64,000 nt of DNA from Eledone cirrhosa. Lineage: Eukaryota. Below the pieces are notes generated by a model. The model did not search any database. It was given only the letters and a program-made list of their open reading frames with translations, and was not told the DNA's origin. The first letter of the stretch is position 1. Each line of letters starts with the position of its first letter. A program made the translations under genes and the position numbers. The DNA lies in NCBI GenBank assembly GCA_964016885.1, contig OZ024752.1, positions 33,356,001 to 33,420,000 on the forward strand, given 5' to 3'. This document shows, piece by piece, positions 23,863 through 39,100 of this stretch.

Positions 23863-24222
23863 TTAACCTCTTCAGTGCCGTAGACGAGATAACTCGACCT
23901 AACATGTATGCATTCCAGTGCCATGGACGAGATAACTCGTCCTAACATGTATGCTTTCCAGTGCCACGGACGAGATAACTCGTCTTAACATGTTTGGATT
24001 ATTTTCCAACAGTTCATAACTTCAAAGTTATGAACTCATTTCAAACAGTTCATAACTTCAAAGCTAGATGGAGTTACTAGTTTATTGATGTGATGTTTGT
24101 CAATCATTCAGATATGTGTTGTTAATAAATGTTTGTTTAAAAAAATAGTTATTTTACTGAAAAATAAAAACCGGCACAGCAGCTGTAGCTGTGTAAAATA
24201 TACACAGCAGTCAACAGGTTAA
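23863..24222. mobile_element. Second TTAA-flanked non-autonomous element with three ~44-bp internal repeats
   Basis: TTAACCTCTTCAGTGC ... GCAGTCAACAGGTTAA ends; repeated CAGTGCC..GACGAGATAACTCG. Confidence 0.65.
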
Positions 24223-24673
24223 ACCCACTTATAGAATGTATCAAGTTTGCAAAATGACATCTGTAATTGACCCCAAAGAAATAAAAAATTTAAATGCTTT
24301 TAATTATATTCCATATTAGTTTTTGATAAAATGGGGTTTATTTCCATTTCTCGTTATTCAGTAATATAGAAAATTATATGTATTTCTTCTCTTGATTAGG
24401 TTGGGACTTGGGGTTTATTATTTTAATTTTATTAGTTTCATATATTTCCATTTGAAAATAATTTCAAGATCTTCAATGATATAATTTGCTATTGATGTTA
24501 GTAATGGAAATGTTATAATTATATTAGGGGAATGAAAAGTTGTGAAATTGTCTCCTGTACTTGCTGGGAAAATGAAGATAATATTAGTCAATGTCTAATG
24601 TTATTTTTCATCACATAATTATTTCTAGTTAGCCTTTTTAATGATACCTGTATTAGATATCTTAACATTTAAC

Positions 24674-24898
24674 TTAACCCTTTAACATTTACATTACTCC
24701 ATATTTACTATTGTATTTTTGTGGTAAATGCTTTATCTTACATAATTATCTCAAATAATATCAATTCTATGAGATGTTGATATTTATTTTAAGAACAATA
24801 TCTTAACATCAGTATGAGGGGCCTTTGAGGCCAGTTTGAACAGAAAGAGGTGAGAGAATTCTGGCCAGGTATGGCCGGTTTAAATGCTAAAGGGTTAA
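24674..24898. mobile_element. TTAA-flanked MITE (opposite orientation)
   Basis: Same TIR family as 4010. Confidence 0.82.
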
Positions 24899-25223
24899 CT
24901 GAGTTTTACAATATAGTTGGGACAATAGGACATGTTTATGTGTGTGTGTGTTGTTTCTGGGTACTTGAGAGGAACTCATATTCTGTTGACTTTCAGCCAT
25001 ACCAGATTTACCATTGTGCTTAGGTGTGCTTAAGCACAGGGTCCTGCTGGCCAGGGAAGCCCATCTTTCTACCAAGCAAATTTTTTACCTCCTTCAGCGC
25101 CTAAGTAAGTGGCCTCATAACTTCACTAGCACATGGCCTCATTTGTCCTAAATCCCTCCTTTAGTTGTGTGGGCACCTTGGATAGATACAGTATTTCACA
25201 GTATTGTGGAAGTATTTAGCTAC

Positions 25224-25431
25224 TTAACCCTTTAGCATTTACATTACTCTATATATACTATTATATTCTCATGGTAAAGGCTTTATCTCACATAATATCG
25301 AATATATATGAGATTTTGATATTATTTATTTTGAGAACATATACCTTAACATTGGTCTGAGCAGCCAGTTTGAACAGAAAGAGGTGAGAGAATTCTGGCC
25401 GGATACGGCTGGTTTAATGCTAATGGGTTAA
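25224..25431. mobile_element. TTAA-flanked MITE (opposite orientation)
   Basis: Same TIR family as 4010. Confidence 0.82.
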
Positions 25432-25829
25432 TTTCAATAGACAAAATCTAAGGATACTATCTACAGACATTTCCGTTCATCTGATAATGGAACTAGTTAT
25501 GTATAAAGAAGAGAAATGAGAAAGATAATAGATCCCTAGAGAAAGACTAAGTTGATGTTTTGAGTCATGTGTCTACAAATGTGATAATAAAAAGCCAAAT
25601 CACTGGAGAAATTTGTAATGCCAGTTTGAGGTATAGGTAAAGAATTTAGCCATTATGTGAAAAGATTTGCTAATGTCAAACAACAAATTTGTCTTTCATC
25701 TCAGGTGTAGGTAAGCAATTTAGCCATTCTGTGAAAAGATTTGCTAATGTCAAACAACAAATTTGTCTTTCATCTCAGGACAATTAATGTGTGATATAGT
25801 CATTAGTTTGTATTACTCATTATGTAGAA

Positions 25830-26196
25830 TATCATCATCATCATCACCGTTTTTACATCCGTTCTTCCACGCTAGCATGGATTAGACGGGTTGTCCTGTT
25901 GTGGGCAGTGTTCGGTCGGCTGACTTTGTCTTGCTCATACAGGAACTGATTCTGGCTTGATTTCTACAGCTGGATGCCCTTCCTAACACCAACCTCATTT
26001 ACAGTGTGGGCTGGGTGCTTTTTTGCCGTGGCACCTCCACGACCACTTTGCAGTGGAATGATAGGGACCCCAGTCCAATCATCTCATTTCTACAGCTGAG
26101 TAAACTGGAGCAATGTAAAATAAAGTGTCTTGCTTAAAGAAATAACACATCAACCTTTCGATTGCAAGCCCAATGCTCTAACCACTAAGCCATGCG
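25830..26196 (-). mobile_element. SINE family A copy
   Basis: Reverse complement of the 5136-type copy with a small head deletion. Confidence 0.82.
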
Positions 26197-26489
26197 TAGT
26201 ATATAGTAATTACTAATTACTAATGAGAGATATATACTCAAAATTATCAATATTGTTGTAACTATTTAACTCTAGGTCAAACTTGACTAATTAAATACAT
26301 TTCACCTGTAGCCATCTGATTTTTTTAGCAGTATGTAGTACTACAGTATCTAATGAGTCTTTTCCTATTTTGTAAAACGGTAGGATGTAATTTGAGAAAT
26401 ATTTGGCTGTTTAAGTGATGGCATAGAGACTCCCTTGCTGGCTCATATATTCAAGATGTTTAAGGCTGTGTTGGTACAGTGAAATTCCG

Positions 26490-26897
26490 GGTGGTTGGTT
26501 GGCTGTATTGGTAGAGCGTTGGACGCCATGCTTTTCAGCATAGAGCTGTCGCCCTTTACATTCTCTGTTCAAACCCCACCAAAGTTAGCTTTGCCTTTCA
26601 TCCTTACGGGATCGATAAAATAAAATACCAGTAACGTAGAAACAATTATTATTATTGTTTTGTTGTTTTAGCTTAGTTCAATAGATTGGCAGGATCAGTA
26701 GAGCGTCGGACCATACATTTTGTGGCATATAGTTTACACTTTCTCAATTCTGAGTTCAAATCCTGACATGGTCAACTTTGCCTTTCTTCTTTCCGACGTC
26801 GATAAAATAAAGCACCAGTTAAGTACTGGGGTCAATTTATTCAACTTTCCCCCCTTCCTCCAAATTGCTGGCCTTGTGCCAATGGTAGAAATAATTA
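26490..26897 (+). mobile_element. Two adjacent SINE family B copies
   Basis: Each has a tRNA-like head and TTTGCCTTTC...GATAAAATAAA..ACCAGT body. Confidence 0.7.
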
Positions 26898-27129
26898 TTT
26901 TCTTAGTTTTACCATAATGACAGAAAACAGTGGAGTTTTTTTCCTGAAAGTTTGTAAATTTTGTTTTAATTTCTGAAATGAGGAATTGTTATTATAAACT
27001 GATTTTTTTTCAAACTAGAATCCTCATCTTGGTCATTATAATTACAATATTTAGCCACTATATACTCCGGCATTCTTCAGATGGATGCCTGTCACATTCA
27101 GTAATGTCCTTAAAATTTCAAACCATGAG

Positions 27130-30100
27130 TCTATAGACTGTTGTCATACCATTGTCCATTATAGACTGCTGTCATACCATTGTCCATTCCCTGTATATAG
27201 ACTGCTGTCATACCATTGTCCATTCTCTGTATATAGACTGTTGTCATACCATTGTCCATTCCCTGTATATAGACTGTTGTCATACCATTTTCCATTCCCT
27301 GTATATAGACTGTTGTCATACCATTGTCCATTCTCTGTATATAGACTGTTGTCATACCATTGTCCATTCCCTGTATATAGACTGTTGTCATACCATTGTC
27401 CATTCCCTGTATATAGACTGTTGTCATACCATTGTCCATTCCCTGTATATAGACTGTTGTCATACCATTGTCCATTCCCTGTATATGGACTGTTATACCA
27501 TTGTCCATTCCCTGTGTATGGAATGTTGTCATACCATTGTCCATTCCCTGTGTATAGACTGTTGTTGTACCATTGTCCATTCCCTGTATATAGACTGCTG
27601 TCGTACCATTGTCCATTCCCTGTATATAGACTGCTGTCGTACCATTGTCCATTCCCTGTATATAGACTGTTGTCATACCATTGTCCATTCCCTGTATATA
27701 GACTGCTGTCATACCATTGTCCATTCCCTGTATATAGACTGTTGTCATACCATTGTCCATTCCCTGTATATAGACTGCTGTCGTACCATTGTCCATTCCC
27801 TGTATATAGACTGTTGTCATACCATTGTCCATTCCCTGTATATAGACTGTTGTCATACCATTGTCCATTCCCTGTATATAGACTGCTGTCATACCATTGT
27901 CCATTCCCTGTATATAGACTGTTGTCATACCATTGTCCATTCCCTGTATATAGACTGCTGTCATACCATTGTCCATTCCCTGTATATAGACTGCTGTCAT
28001 ACCATTGTCCATTCCCTGTATATAGACTGTTGTCATACCATTGTCCATTCCCTGTATATAGACTGCTGTCATACCATTGTCCATTCCCTGTATATAGACT
28101 GTTGTCATACCATTGTCCATTCCCTGTATATAGACTGCTGTCATACCATTGTCCATTCCCTGTATATAGACTGTTGTCATACCATTGTCCATTCCCTGTA
28201 TATGGACTGTTATACCATTGTCCATTCCCTGTGTATGGAATGTTGTCATACCATTGTCCATTCCCTGTGTATAGACTGTTGTTGTACCATTGTCCATTCC
28301 CTGTATATAGACTGTTGTCATACCATTGTCCATTCCCTGTATATAGACTGCTGTCGTACCATTGTCCATTCCCTGTATATAGACTGTTGTCATACCATTG
28401 TCCATTCCCTGTATATAGACTGCTGTCATACCATTGTCCATTCCCTGTATATAGACTGTTGTCATACCATTGTCCATTCCCTGTATATAGACTGCTGTCA
28501 TACCATTGTCCATTCCCTGTATATAGACTGTTGTCATACCATTGTCCATTCCCTGTATATAGACTGCTGTCATACCATTGTCCATTCCCTGTATATAGAC
28601 TGTTGTCATACCATTGTCCATTCCCTGTATATAGAGTGTTGTCATACCATTGTCCATTCCCTGTATATAGACTGCTGTCATACCATTGTCCATTCCCTGT
28701 ATATAGAGTGTTGTCATACCATTGTCCATTCCCTGTATATAGACTGTTGTCATACCATTGTCCATTCCCTGTATATAGACTGCTGTCATACCATTGTCCA
28801 TTCCCTGTTTATAGACTGTTGTCATACCATTGTCCATTCCCTGTATATAGAGTGTTGTCATACCATTGTCCATTCCCTGTATATAGACTGCTGTCATACC
28901 ATTGTCCATTCCCTGTATATAGACTGTTGTCATACCATTGTCCATTCCCTGTATATAGACTGTTGTCATACCATTGTCCATTCCCTGTATATAGACTGCT
29001 GTCATACCATTGTCCATTCCCTGTATATAGAGTGTTGTCATACCATTGTCCATTCCCTGTATATAGACTGTTGTCATACCATTGTCCATTCCCTGTTTAT
29101 AGACTGTTGTCATACCATTGTCCATTCCCTGTATATAGAGTGTTGTCATACCATTGTCCATTCCCTGTATATAGACTGCTGTCATACCATTGTCCATTCC
29201 CTGTATATAGACTGTTGTCATACCATTGTCCATTCCCTGTATATAGACTGTTGTCATACCATTGTCCATTCCCTGTATATAGACTGCTGTCATACCATTG
29301 TCCATTCCCTGTATATAGAGTGTTGTCATACCATTGTCCATTCCCTGTATATAGACTGTTGTCATACCATTGTCCATTCCCTGTTTATAGACTGTTGTCA
29401 TACCATTGTCCATTCCCTGTATATAGAGTGTTGTCATACCATTGTCCATTCCCTGTATATAGACTGCTGTCATACCATTGTCCATTCCCTGTATATAGAC
29501 TGTTGTCATACCATTGTCCATTCCCTGTATATAGACTGTTGTCATACCATTGTCCATTCCCTGTATATAGACTGCTGTCATACCATTGTCCATTCCCTGT
29601 ATATAGAGTGTTGTCATACCATTGTCCATTCCCTGTATATAGACTGTTGTCATACCATTGTCCATTCCCTGTATATAGACTGTTGTCATACCATTGTCCA
29701 TTCCCTGTATATAGACTGCTGTCATACCATTGTCCATTCCCTGTATATAGACTGTTGTCATACCATTGTCCATTCCCTGTATATAGAGTGTTGTCATACC
29801 ATTGTCCATTCCCTGTATATAGACTGCTGTCATACCATTGTCCATTCCCTGTATATAGAGTGTTGTCATACCATTGTCCATTCCCTGTATATAGACTGTT
29901 GTCATACCATTGTCCATTCCCTGTATATAGACTGCTGTCATACCATTGTCCATTCCCTGTTTATAGACTGTTGTCATACCATTGTCCATTCCCTGTATAT
30001 AGAGTGTTGTCATACCATTGTCCATTCCCTGTATATAGACTGCTGTCATACCATTGTCCATTCCCTGTATATAGACTGTTGTCATACCATTGTCCATTCC

Positions 30101-33100
30101 CTGTATATAGACTGTTGTCATACCATTGTCCATTCCCTGTATATAGACTGCTGTCATACCATTGTCCATTCCCTGTATATAGAGTGTTGTCATACCATTG
30201 TCCATTCCCTGTATATAGACTGTTGTCATACCATTGTCCATTCCCTGTTTATAGACTGTTGTCATACCATTGTCCATTCCCTGTATATAGAGTGTTGTCA
30301 TACCATTGTCCATTCCCTGTATATAGACTGCTGTCATACCATTGTCCATTCCCTGTATATAGACTGTTGTCATACCATTGTCCATTCCCTGTATATAGAC
30401 TGTTGTCATACCATTGTCCATTCCCTGTATATAGACTGCTGTCATACCATTGTCCATTCCCTGTATATAGAGTGTTGTCATACCATTGTCCATTCCCTGT
30501 ATATAGACTGTTGTCATACCATTGTCCATTCCCTGTTTATAGACTGTTGTCATACCATTGTCCATTCCCTGTATATAGAGTGTTGTCATACCATTGTCCA
30601 TTCCCTGTATATAGACTGCTGTCATACCATTGTCCATTCCCTGTATATAGACTGTTGTCATACCATTGTCCATTCCCTGTATATAGACTGTTGTCATACC
30701 ATTGTCCATTCCCTGTATATAGACTGCTGTCATACCATTGTCCATTCCCTGTATATAGAGTGTTGTCATACCATTGTCCATTCCCTGTATATAGACTGTT
30801 GTCATACCATTGTCCATTCCCTGTATATAGACTGTTGTCATACCATTGTCCATTCCCTGTATATAGACTGCTGTCATACCATTGTCCATTCCCTGTATAT
30901 AGACTGCTGTCATACCATTGTCCATTCCCTGTATATAGACTGCTGTCATACCATTGTCCATTCCCTGTATATAGACTGTTGTCATACCATTGTCCATTCC
31001 CTGTATATAGACTGCTGTCATACCATTGTCCATTCCCTGTATATAGACTGTTGTCATACCATTGTCCATTCCCTGTATATAGAGTGTTGTCATACCATTG
31101 TCCATTCCCTGTATATAGACTGCTGTCATACCATTGTCCATTCCCTGTATATAGAGTGTTGTCATACCATTGTCCATTCCCTGTATATAGACTGTTGTCA
31201 TACCATTGTCCATTCCCTGTATATAGACTGCTGTCATACCATTGTCCATTCCCTGTTTATAGACTGTTGTCATACCATTGTCCATTCCCTGTATATAGAG
31301 TGTTGTCATACCATTGTCCATTCCCTGTATATAGAGTGTTGTCATACCATTGTCCATTCCCTGTATATAGACTGTTGTCATACCATTGTCCATTCCCTGT
31401 ATATAGACTGTTGTCATACCATTGTCCATTCCCTGTTTATAGACTGTTGTCATACCATTGTCCATTCCCTGTATATAGACTGTTGTCATACCATTGTCCA
31501 TTCCCTGTATATAGACTGTTGTCATACCATTGTCCATTCCCTGTATATAGAGTTGTCATACCATTGTCCATTCTCTGTATATAGACTGTTGTCATACCAT
31601 TGTCCATTCCCTGTATATGGACTGTTGTCATACCATTGTCCATTCCCTGTATATAGACTGTTGTCATACCATTGTCCATTCCCTGTATATAGACTGTTGT
31701 CATACCATTGTCCATTCCCTGTATATAGAGTTGTCATACCATTGTCCATTCTCTGTATATAGACTGTTGTCATACCATTGTCCATTCCCTGTATATGGAC
31801 TGTTGTCATACCATTGTCCATTCCCTGTTTATAGAGTGTTGTCATACCATTGTCCATTCCCTGTATATAGACTGTTGTCATACCATTGTCCATTCCCTGT
31901 ATATAGACTGTTGTCATACCATTGTCCATTCCCTGTATATAGACTGTTGTCATACCATTGTCCATTCCCTGTTTATAGAGTGTTGTCATACCATTGTCCA
32001 TTCCCTGTATATAGACTGTTGTCATACCATTGTCCATTCCCTGTTTATAGACTGTTGTCATACCATTGTCCATTCCCTGTATATAGACTGTTGTCATACC
32101 ATTGTCTATTCCCTGTATATAGACTGTTGTCATACCATTGTCTATTCCCTGTATATAGACTGTTGTCATACCATTGTCCATTCCCTGTATATAGACTGTT
32201 GTCATACCATTGTCCATTCCCTGTATATAGAGTGTTGTCATACCATTGTCCATTCCCTGTATATAGACTGTTGTCATACCATTGTCCATTCCCTGTATAT
32301 AGAGTGTTGTCATACCATTGTCCATTCCCTGTATATAGACTGTTGTCATACCATTGTCCATTCCCTGTATATAGAGTTGTCATACCATTGTCCATTCTCT
32401 GTATATAGACTGTTGTCATACCATTGTCCATTCCCTGTATATGGACTGTTGTCATACCATTGTCCATTCCCTGTTTATAGAGTGTTGTCATACCATTGTC
32501 CATTCCCTGTATATAGACTGTTGTCATACCATTGTCCATTCCCTGTATATAGACTGTTGTCATACCATTGTCCATTCCCTGTATATAGACTGTTGTCATA
32601 CCATTGTCCATTCCCTGTTTATAGAGTGTTGTCATACCATTGTCCATTCCCTGTATATAGACTGTTGTCATACCATTGTCCATTCCCTGTTTATAGACTG
32701 TTGTCATACCATTGTCCATTCCCTGTATATAGACTGTTGTCATACCATTGTCTATTCCCTGTATATAGACTGTTGTCATACCATTGTCTATTCCCTGTAT
32801 ATAGACTGTTGTCATACCATTGTCCATTCCCTGTATATAGACTGTTGTCATACCATTGTCCATTCCCTGTATATAGAGTGTTGTCATACCATTGTCCATT
32901 CCCTGTATATAGACTGTTGTCATACCATTGTCCATTCCCTGTATATAGAGTGTTGTCATACCATTGTCCATTCCCTGTATATAGACTGTTGTCATACCAT
33001 TGTCCATTCCCTGTATATAGACTGTTGTCATACCATTGTCCATTCCCTGTATATAGAGTGTTGTCATACCATTGTCCATTCCCTGTTTATAGACTGTTGT

Positions 33101-36100
33101 CATACCATTGTCCATTCCCTGTATATAGACTGTTGTCATACCATTGTCCATTCCCTGTATATAGAGTGTTGTCATACCATTGTCCATTCCCTGTATATAG
33201 ACTGTTGTCATACCATTGTCTATTCCCTGTATATAGACTGTTGTCATACCATTGTCTATTCCCTGTATATAGACTGTTGTCATACCATTGTCCATTCCCT
33301 GTATATAGACTGTTGTCATACCATTGTCCATTCCCTGTATATAGAGTGTTGTCATACCATTGTCCATTCCCTGTATATAGACTGTTGTCATACCATTGTC
33401 CATTCCCTGTATATAGAGTGTTGTCATACCATTGTCCATTCCCTGTATATAGACTGTTGTCATACCATTGTCCATTCCCTGTATATAGAGTGTTGTCATA
33501 CCATTGTCCATTCCCTGTATATAGACTGTTGTCATACCATTGTCCATTCCCTGTATATAGACTGTTGTCATACCATTGTCCATTCCCTGTATATAGAGTG
33601 TTGTCATACCATTGTCCATTCCCTGTTTATAGACTGTTGTCATACCATTGTCCATTCCCTGTTTATAGACTGTTGTCATACCATTGTCCATTCCCTGTAT
33701 ATAGAGTGTTGTCATACCATTGTCCATTCCCTGTATATAGACTGTTGTCATACCATTGTCCATTCCCTGTATATAGACTGTTGTCATACCATTGTCCATT
33801 CTCTGTATATACACTGTTGTCATACCATTGTCCATTCCCTGTATATAGACTGTTGTCATACCATTGTCCATTCCCTGTATATAGACTGTTGTCATACCAT
33901 TGTCCATTCTCTGTATATAGACTGTTGTCATACCATTGTCCATTCCCTGTTTATAGACTGTTGTCATACCATTGTCCATTCCCTGTGTATAGACTGTTGT
34001 CATACCATTGTCCATTCCCTGTATATAGACTGTTGTCATACCATTGTCCATTCCCTGTATATAGACTGTTGTTGTACCATTGTCCATTCCCTGTATATAG
34101 ACTGCTGTCGTACCATTGTCCATTCCCTGTATATAGACTGCTGTCATACCATTGTCCATTCCCAGTATATAGACTGTTGTCAGACCATTGTCCATTCCCT
34201 GTATATAGACTGCTGTCATACCATTGTCCATTCCCTGTATATAGACTATGGTTGTACCATTGTCCATTCCCTGTATATAGACTGTTGTCATACCATTGTC
34301 CATTCCCTGTATATAGACTGCTGTCGTACCATTGTCCATTCCCTGTATATGGACTGTTGTCATACCATTGTCCATTCCCTGTATATAGAGTGTTGTCATA
34401 CCATTGTCCATTCCCTGTTTATAGACTGTTGTCATACCATTGTCCATTCCCTGTTTATAGACTGTTGTCATACCATTGTCCATTCCCTGTATATAGAGTG
34501 TTGTCATACCATTGTCCATTATCTGTATATAGACTGTTGTCATACCATTGTCCATTCCCTGTATATAGAGTGTTGTCATACCATTGTCCATTCCCTGTAT
34601 ATAGACTGTTGTCATACCATTGTCCATTCCCTGTATATAGAGTGTTGTCATACCATTGTCCATTCCCTGTTTATAGACTGTTGTCATACCATTATCCATT
34701 CCCTGTTTATAGACTGTTGTCATACCATTGTCCATTCCCTGTATATAGACTGTTGTCATACCATTGTCCATTCCCTGTATATAGAGTGTTGTCATACCAT
34801 TGTCCATTCCCTGTATATAGACTGTTGTCATACCATTGTCCATTCCCTGTATATAGACTGCTGTCGTACCATTGTCCATTCCCTGTATATAGACTGCTGT
34901 CGTACCATTGTCCATTCCCTGTATATAGACTGCTGTCGTACCATTGTCCATTCTCTGTATATAGACCGTTGTCATACCATTGTCCATTCCCTGTATATGG
35001 ACTATTGTCATACCATTGTCTATTCCCTGTATATAGACTGTTGTCATACCATTGTCCATTCCCTGTATATAGACTGTTGTCATACCATTGTCCATTCTCT
35101 GTATATAGACTTGTCATACCATTGTCCATTCCCTGTATATAGACTGCTGTCGTACCATTGTCCATTCCCTGTATATAGACTGTTGTCATACCATTGTCCA
35201 TTCCCTGTATATAGACTGTTGTCATACCATTGTCCATTCCCTGTATATAGACTGTTGTCATACCATTGTCCATTCCCTGTATATAGACTGTTGTCATACC
35301 ATTGTCCATTCTCTGTATATAGACTTGTCATACCATTGTCCATTCCCTGTATATAGACTGCTGTCGTACCATTGTCCATTCTCTGTATATAGACTGTTGT
35401 CATACCATTGTCCATTCCCTGTATATAGATTGCTGTCGTACCATTGTCCATTCCCTGTATATAGACTGCTGTCGTACCATTGTCCATTCCCTGTATATAG
35501 ACTGCTGTCGTACCATTGTCCATTCTCTGTATATAGACCGTTGTCATACCATTGTCCATTCCCTGTATATGGACTATTGTCATACCATTGTCTATTCCCT
35601 GTATATAGACTGTTGTCATACCATTGTCCATTCCCTGTATATAGACTGTTGTCATACCATTGTCCATTCTCTGTATATAGACTGTTGTCATACCATTGTC
35701 CATTCCCTGTATATAGAGTGTTGTCATACCATTGTCCATTCCCTGTTTATAGACTGTTGTCATACCATTGTCCATTCCCTGTTTATAGACTGTTGTCATA
35801 CCATTGTCCATTCCCTGTATATAGAGTGTTGTCATACCATTGTCCATTCCCTGTATATAGACTGTTGTCATACCATTGTCCATTCCCTGTATATAGTGTT
35901 GTCATACCATTGTCCATTCCCTGTATATAGACTGTTGTCATACCATTGTCCATTCCCTGTATATAGACTGCTGTCATACCATTGTCCATTCCCTGTATAT
36001 AGACTGCTGTCGTACCATTGTCCATTCTCTGTATATAGACCGTTGTCATACCATTGTCCATTCCCAGTATATAGACTGTTGTCAGACCATTGTCCATTCC

Positions 36101-39100
36101 CTGTATATAGACTGTTGTTGTACCATTGTCCATTCCCTGTATATAGACTGTTGTCATACCATTGTCCATTCCCTGTATATAGACTGCTGTCGTACCATTG
36201 TCCATTCCCTGTATATGGACTGTTGTCATACCATTGTCCATTCCCTGTATATAGAGTGTTGTCATACCATTGTCCATTCCCTGTTTATAGACTGTTGTCA
36301 TACCATTGTCCATTCCCTGTTTATAGACTGTTGTCATACCATTGTCCATTCCCTGTATATAGAGTGTTGTCATACCATTGTCCATTCCCTGTATATAGAC
36401 TGTTGTCATACCATTGTCCAGTCCCTGTATATAGAGTGTTGTCATACCATTGTCCATTCCCTGTATATAGACTGTTGTCATACCATTGTCCATTCCCTGT
36501 ATATAGAGTGTTGTCATACCATTGTCCATTCCCTGTTTATAGACTGTTGTCATACCATTGTCCATTCCCTGTTTATAGACTGTTGTCATACCATTGTCCA
36601 TTCCCTGTATATAGAGTGTTGTCATACCATTGTCCATTCCCTGTATATAGACTGTTGTCATACCATTGTCCATTCCCTGTATATAGAGTGTTGTCATACC
36701 ATTGTCCATTCCCTGTATATAGACTGTTGTCATACCATTGTCCATTCCCTGTATATAGACTGCTGTCGTACCATTGTCCATTCTCTGTATATAGACCGTT
36801 GTCATACCATTGTCCATTCCCTGTATATGGACTATTGTCATACCATTGTCTATTCCCTGTATATAGACTGTTGTCATACCATTGTCCATTCCCTGTATAT
36901 AGACTGTTGTCATACCATTGTCCATTCTCTGTATATAGACTGTTGTCATACCATTGTCCATTCCCTGTATATAGAGTGTTGTCATACCATTGTCCATTCC
37001 CTGTTTATAGACTGTTGTCATACCATTGTCCATTCCCTGTTTATAGACTGTTGTCATACCATTGTCCATTCCCTGTATATAGAGTGTTGTCATACCATTG
37101 TCCATTCCCTGTATATAGACTGTTGTCATACCATTGTCCATTCCCTGTATATAGTGTTGTCATACCATTGTCCATTCCCTGTATATAGACTGTTGTCATA
37201 CCATTGTCCATTCCCTGTATATAGACTGCTGTCATACCATTGTCCATTCCCTGTATATAGACTGTTGTCATACCATTGTCCATTCCCTGTATATAGAGTG
37301 TTGTCATACCATTGTCCATTCCCTGTATATAGACTGTTGTCATACCATTGTCCATTCCCTGTATATAGACTGCTGTCGTACCATTGTCCATTCTCTGTAT
37401 ATAGACCGTTGTCATACCATTGTCCATTCCCTGTATATGGACTATTGTCATACCATTGTCTATTCCCTGTATATAGACTGTTGTCATACCATTGTCCATT
37501 CCCTGTATATAGACTGTTGTCATACCATTGTCCATTCTCTGTATATACACTGTTGTCATACCATTGTCCATTCCCTGTATATAGACTGTTGTCATACCAT
37601 TGTCCATTCCCTGTATATAGACTGTTGTCATACCATTGTCCATTCTCTGTATATAGTGTTGTCATACCATTGTCCATTCCCTGTATATAGACTGTTGTCA
37701 TACCATTGTCCATTCCCTGTATATAGACTGTTGTCATACCATTGTCCATTCTCTGTATATAGTGTTATCAGACCATTGTCCATTCCCTGTATATAGACTG
37801 TTGTCATACCATTGTCCATTCCCTGTATATAGACTATTGTCATACCATTGTCCATTCTCTGTATATAGTGTTGTCAGACCATTGTCCATTCCCTGTATAT
37901 AGACTGTTGTCATACCATTGTCCATTCTCTGTATATAGTGTTGTCATACCATTGTCCATTCCCTGTATATAGACTGTTGTCATACCATTGTCCATTCCCT
38001 GTATATAGACTGTTGTCATACCATTGTCCATTCCCTGTATATAGACTGTTGTCATACCATTGTCCATTCCCTGTATATAGACTGTTGTCATACCATTGTC
38101 CATTCCCTGTTTATAGACTGTTGTCATACCATTGTCCATTCCCTGTATATAGACTGTTGTCATACCATTGTCCATTCCCTGTATATAGACTGTTGTCATA
38201 CCATTGTCCATTCCCTGTATATAGACTGTTGTCATACCATTGTCCATTCCCTGTATATAGACTGTTGTCATACCATTGTCCATTCCCTGTATATAGACTG
38301 TTGTCATACCATTGTCCATTCTCTGTATATAGTGTTGTCATACCATTGTCCATTCCCTGTATATAGACTGTTGTCATACCATTGTCCATTCCCTGTATAT
38401 AGACTGTTGTCATACCATTGTCCATTCTCTGTATATAGTGTTGTCATACCATTGTCCATTCCCTGTATATAGACTGTTGTCATACCATTGTCCATTCCCT
38501 GTATATAGACTGTTGTCATACCATTGTCCATTCTCTGTATATAGTGTTGTCAGACCATTGTCCATTCCCTGTATATAGACTGTTGTCATACCATTGTCCA
38601 TTCCCTGTTTATAGACTGTTGTCATACCATTGTCCATTCCCTGTATATAGAGTGTTGTCATACCATTGTCCATTCTCTGTATATAGTGTTGTCATACCAT
38701 TGTCCATTCCCTGTATATAGACTGTTGTCATACCATTGTCCATTCCCTGTATATAGACTGTTGTCATACCATTGTCCATTCCCTGTATATAGACTGTTGT
38801 CATACCATTGTCCATTCTCTGTATATAGTGTTGTCAGACCATTGTCCATTCCCTGTATATAGACTGTTGTCATACCATTGTCCATTCCCTGTTTATAGAC
38901 TGTTGTCATACCATTGTCCATTCCCTGTATATAGAGTGTTGTCATACCATTGTCCATTCTCTGTATATAGTGTTGTCATACCATTGTCCATTCCCTGTAT
39001 ATAGACTGTTGTCATACCATTGTCCATTCCCTGTATATAGACTGTTGTCATACCATTGTCCATTCTCTGTATATAGTGTTGTCATACCATTGTCCATTCC

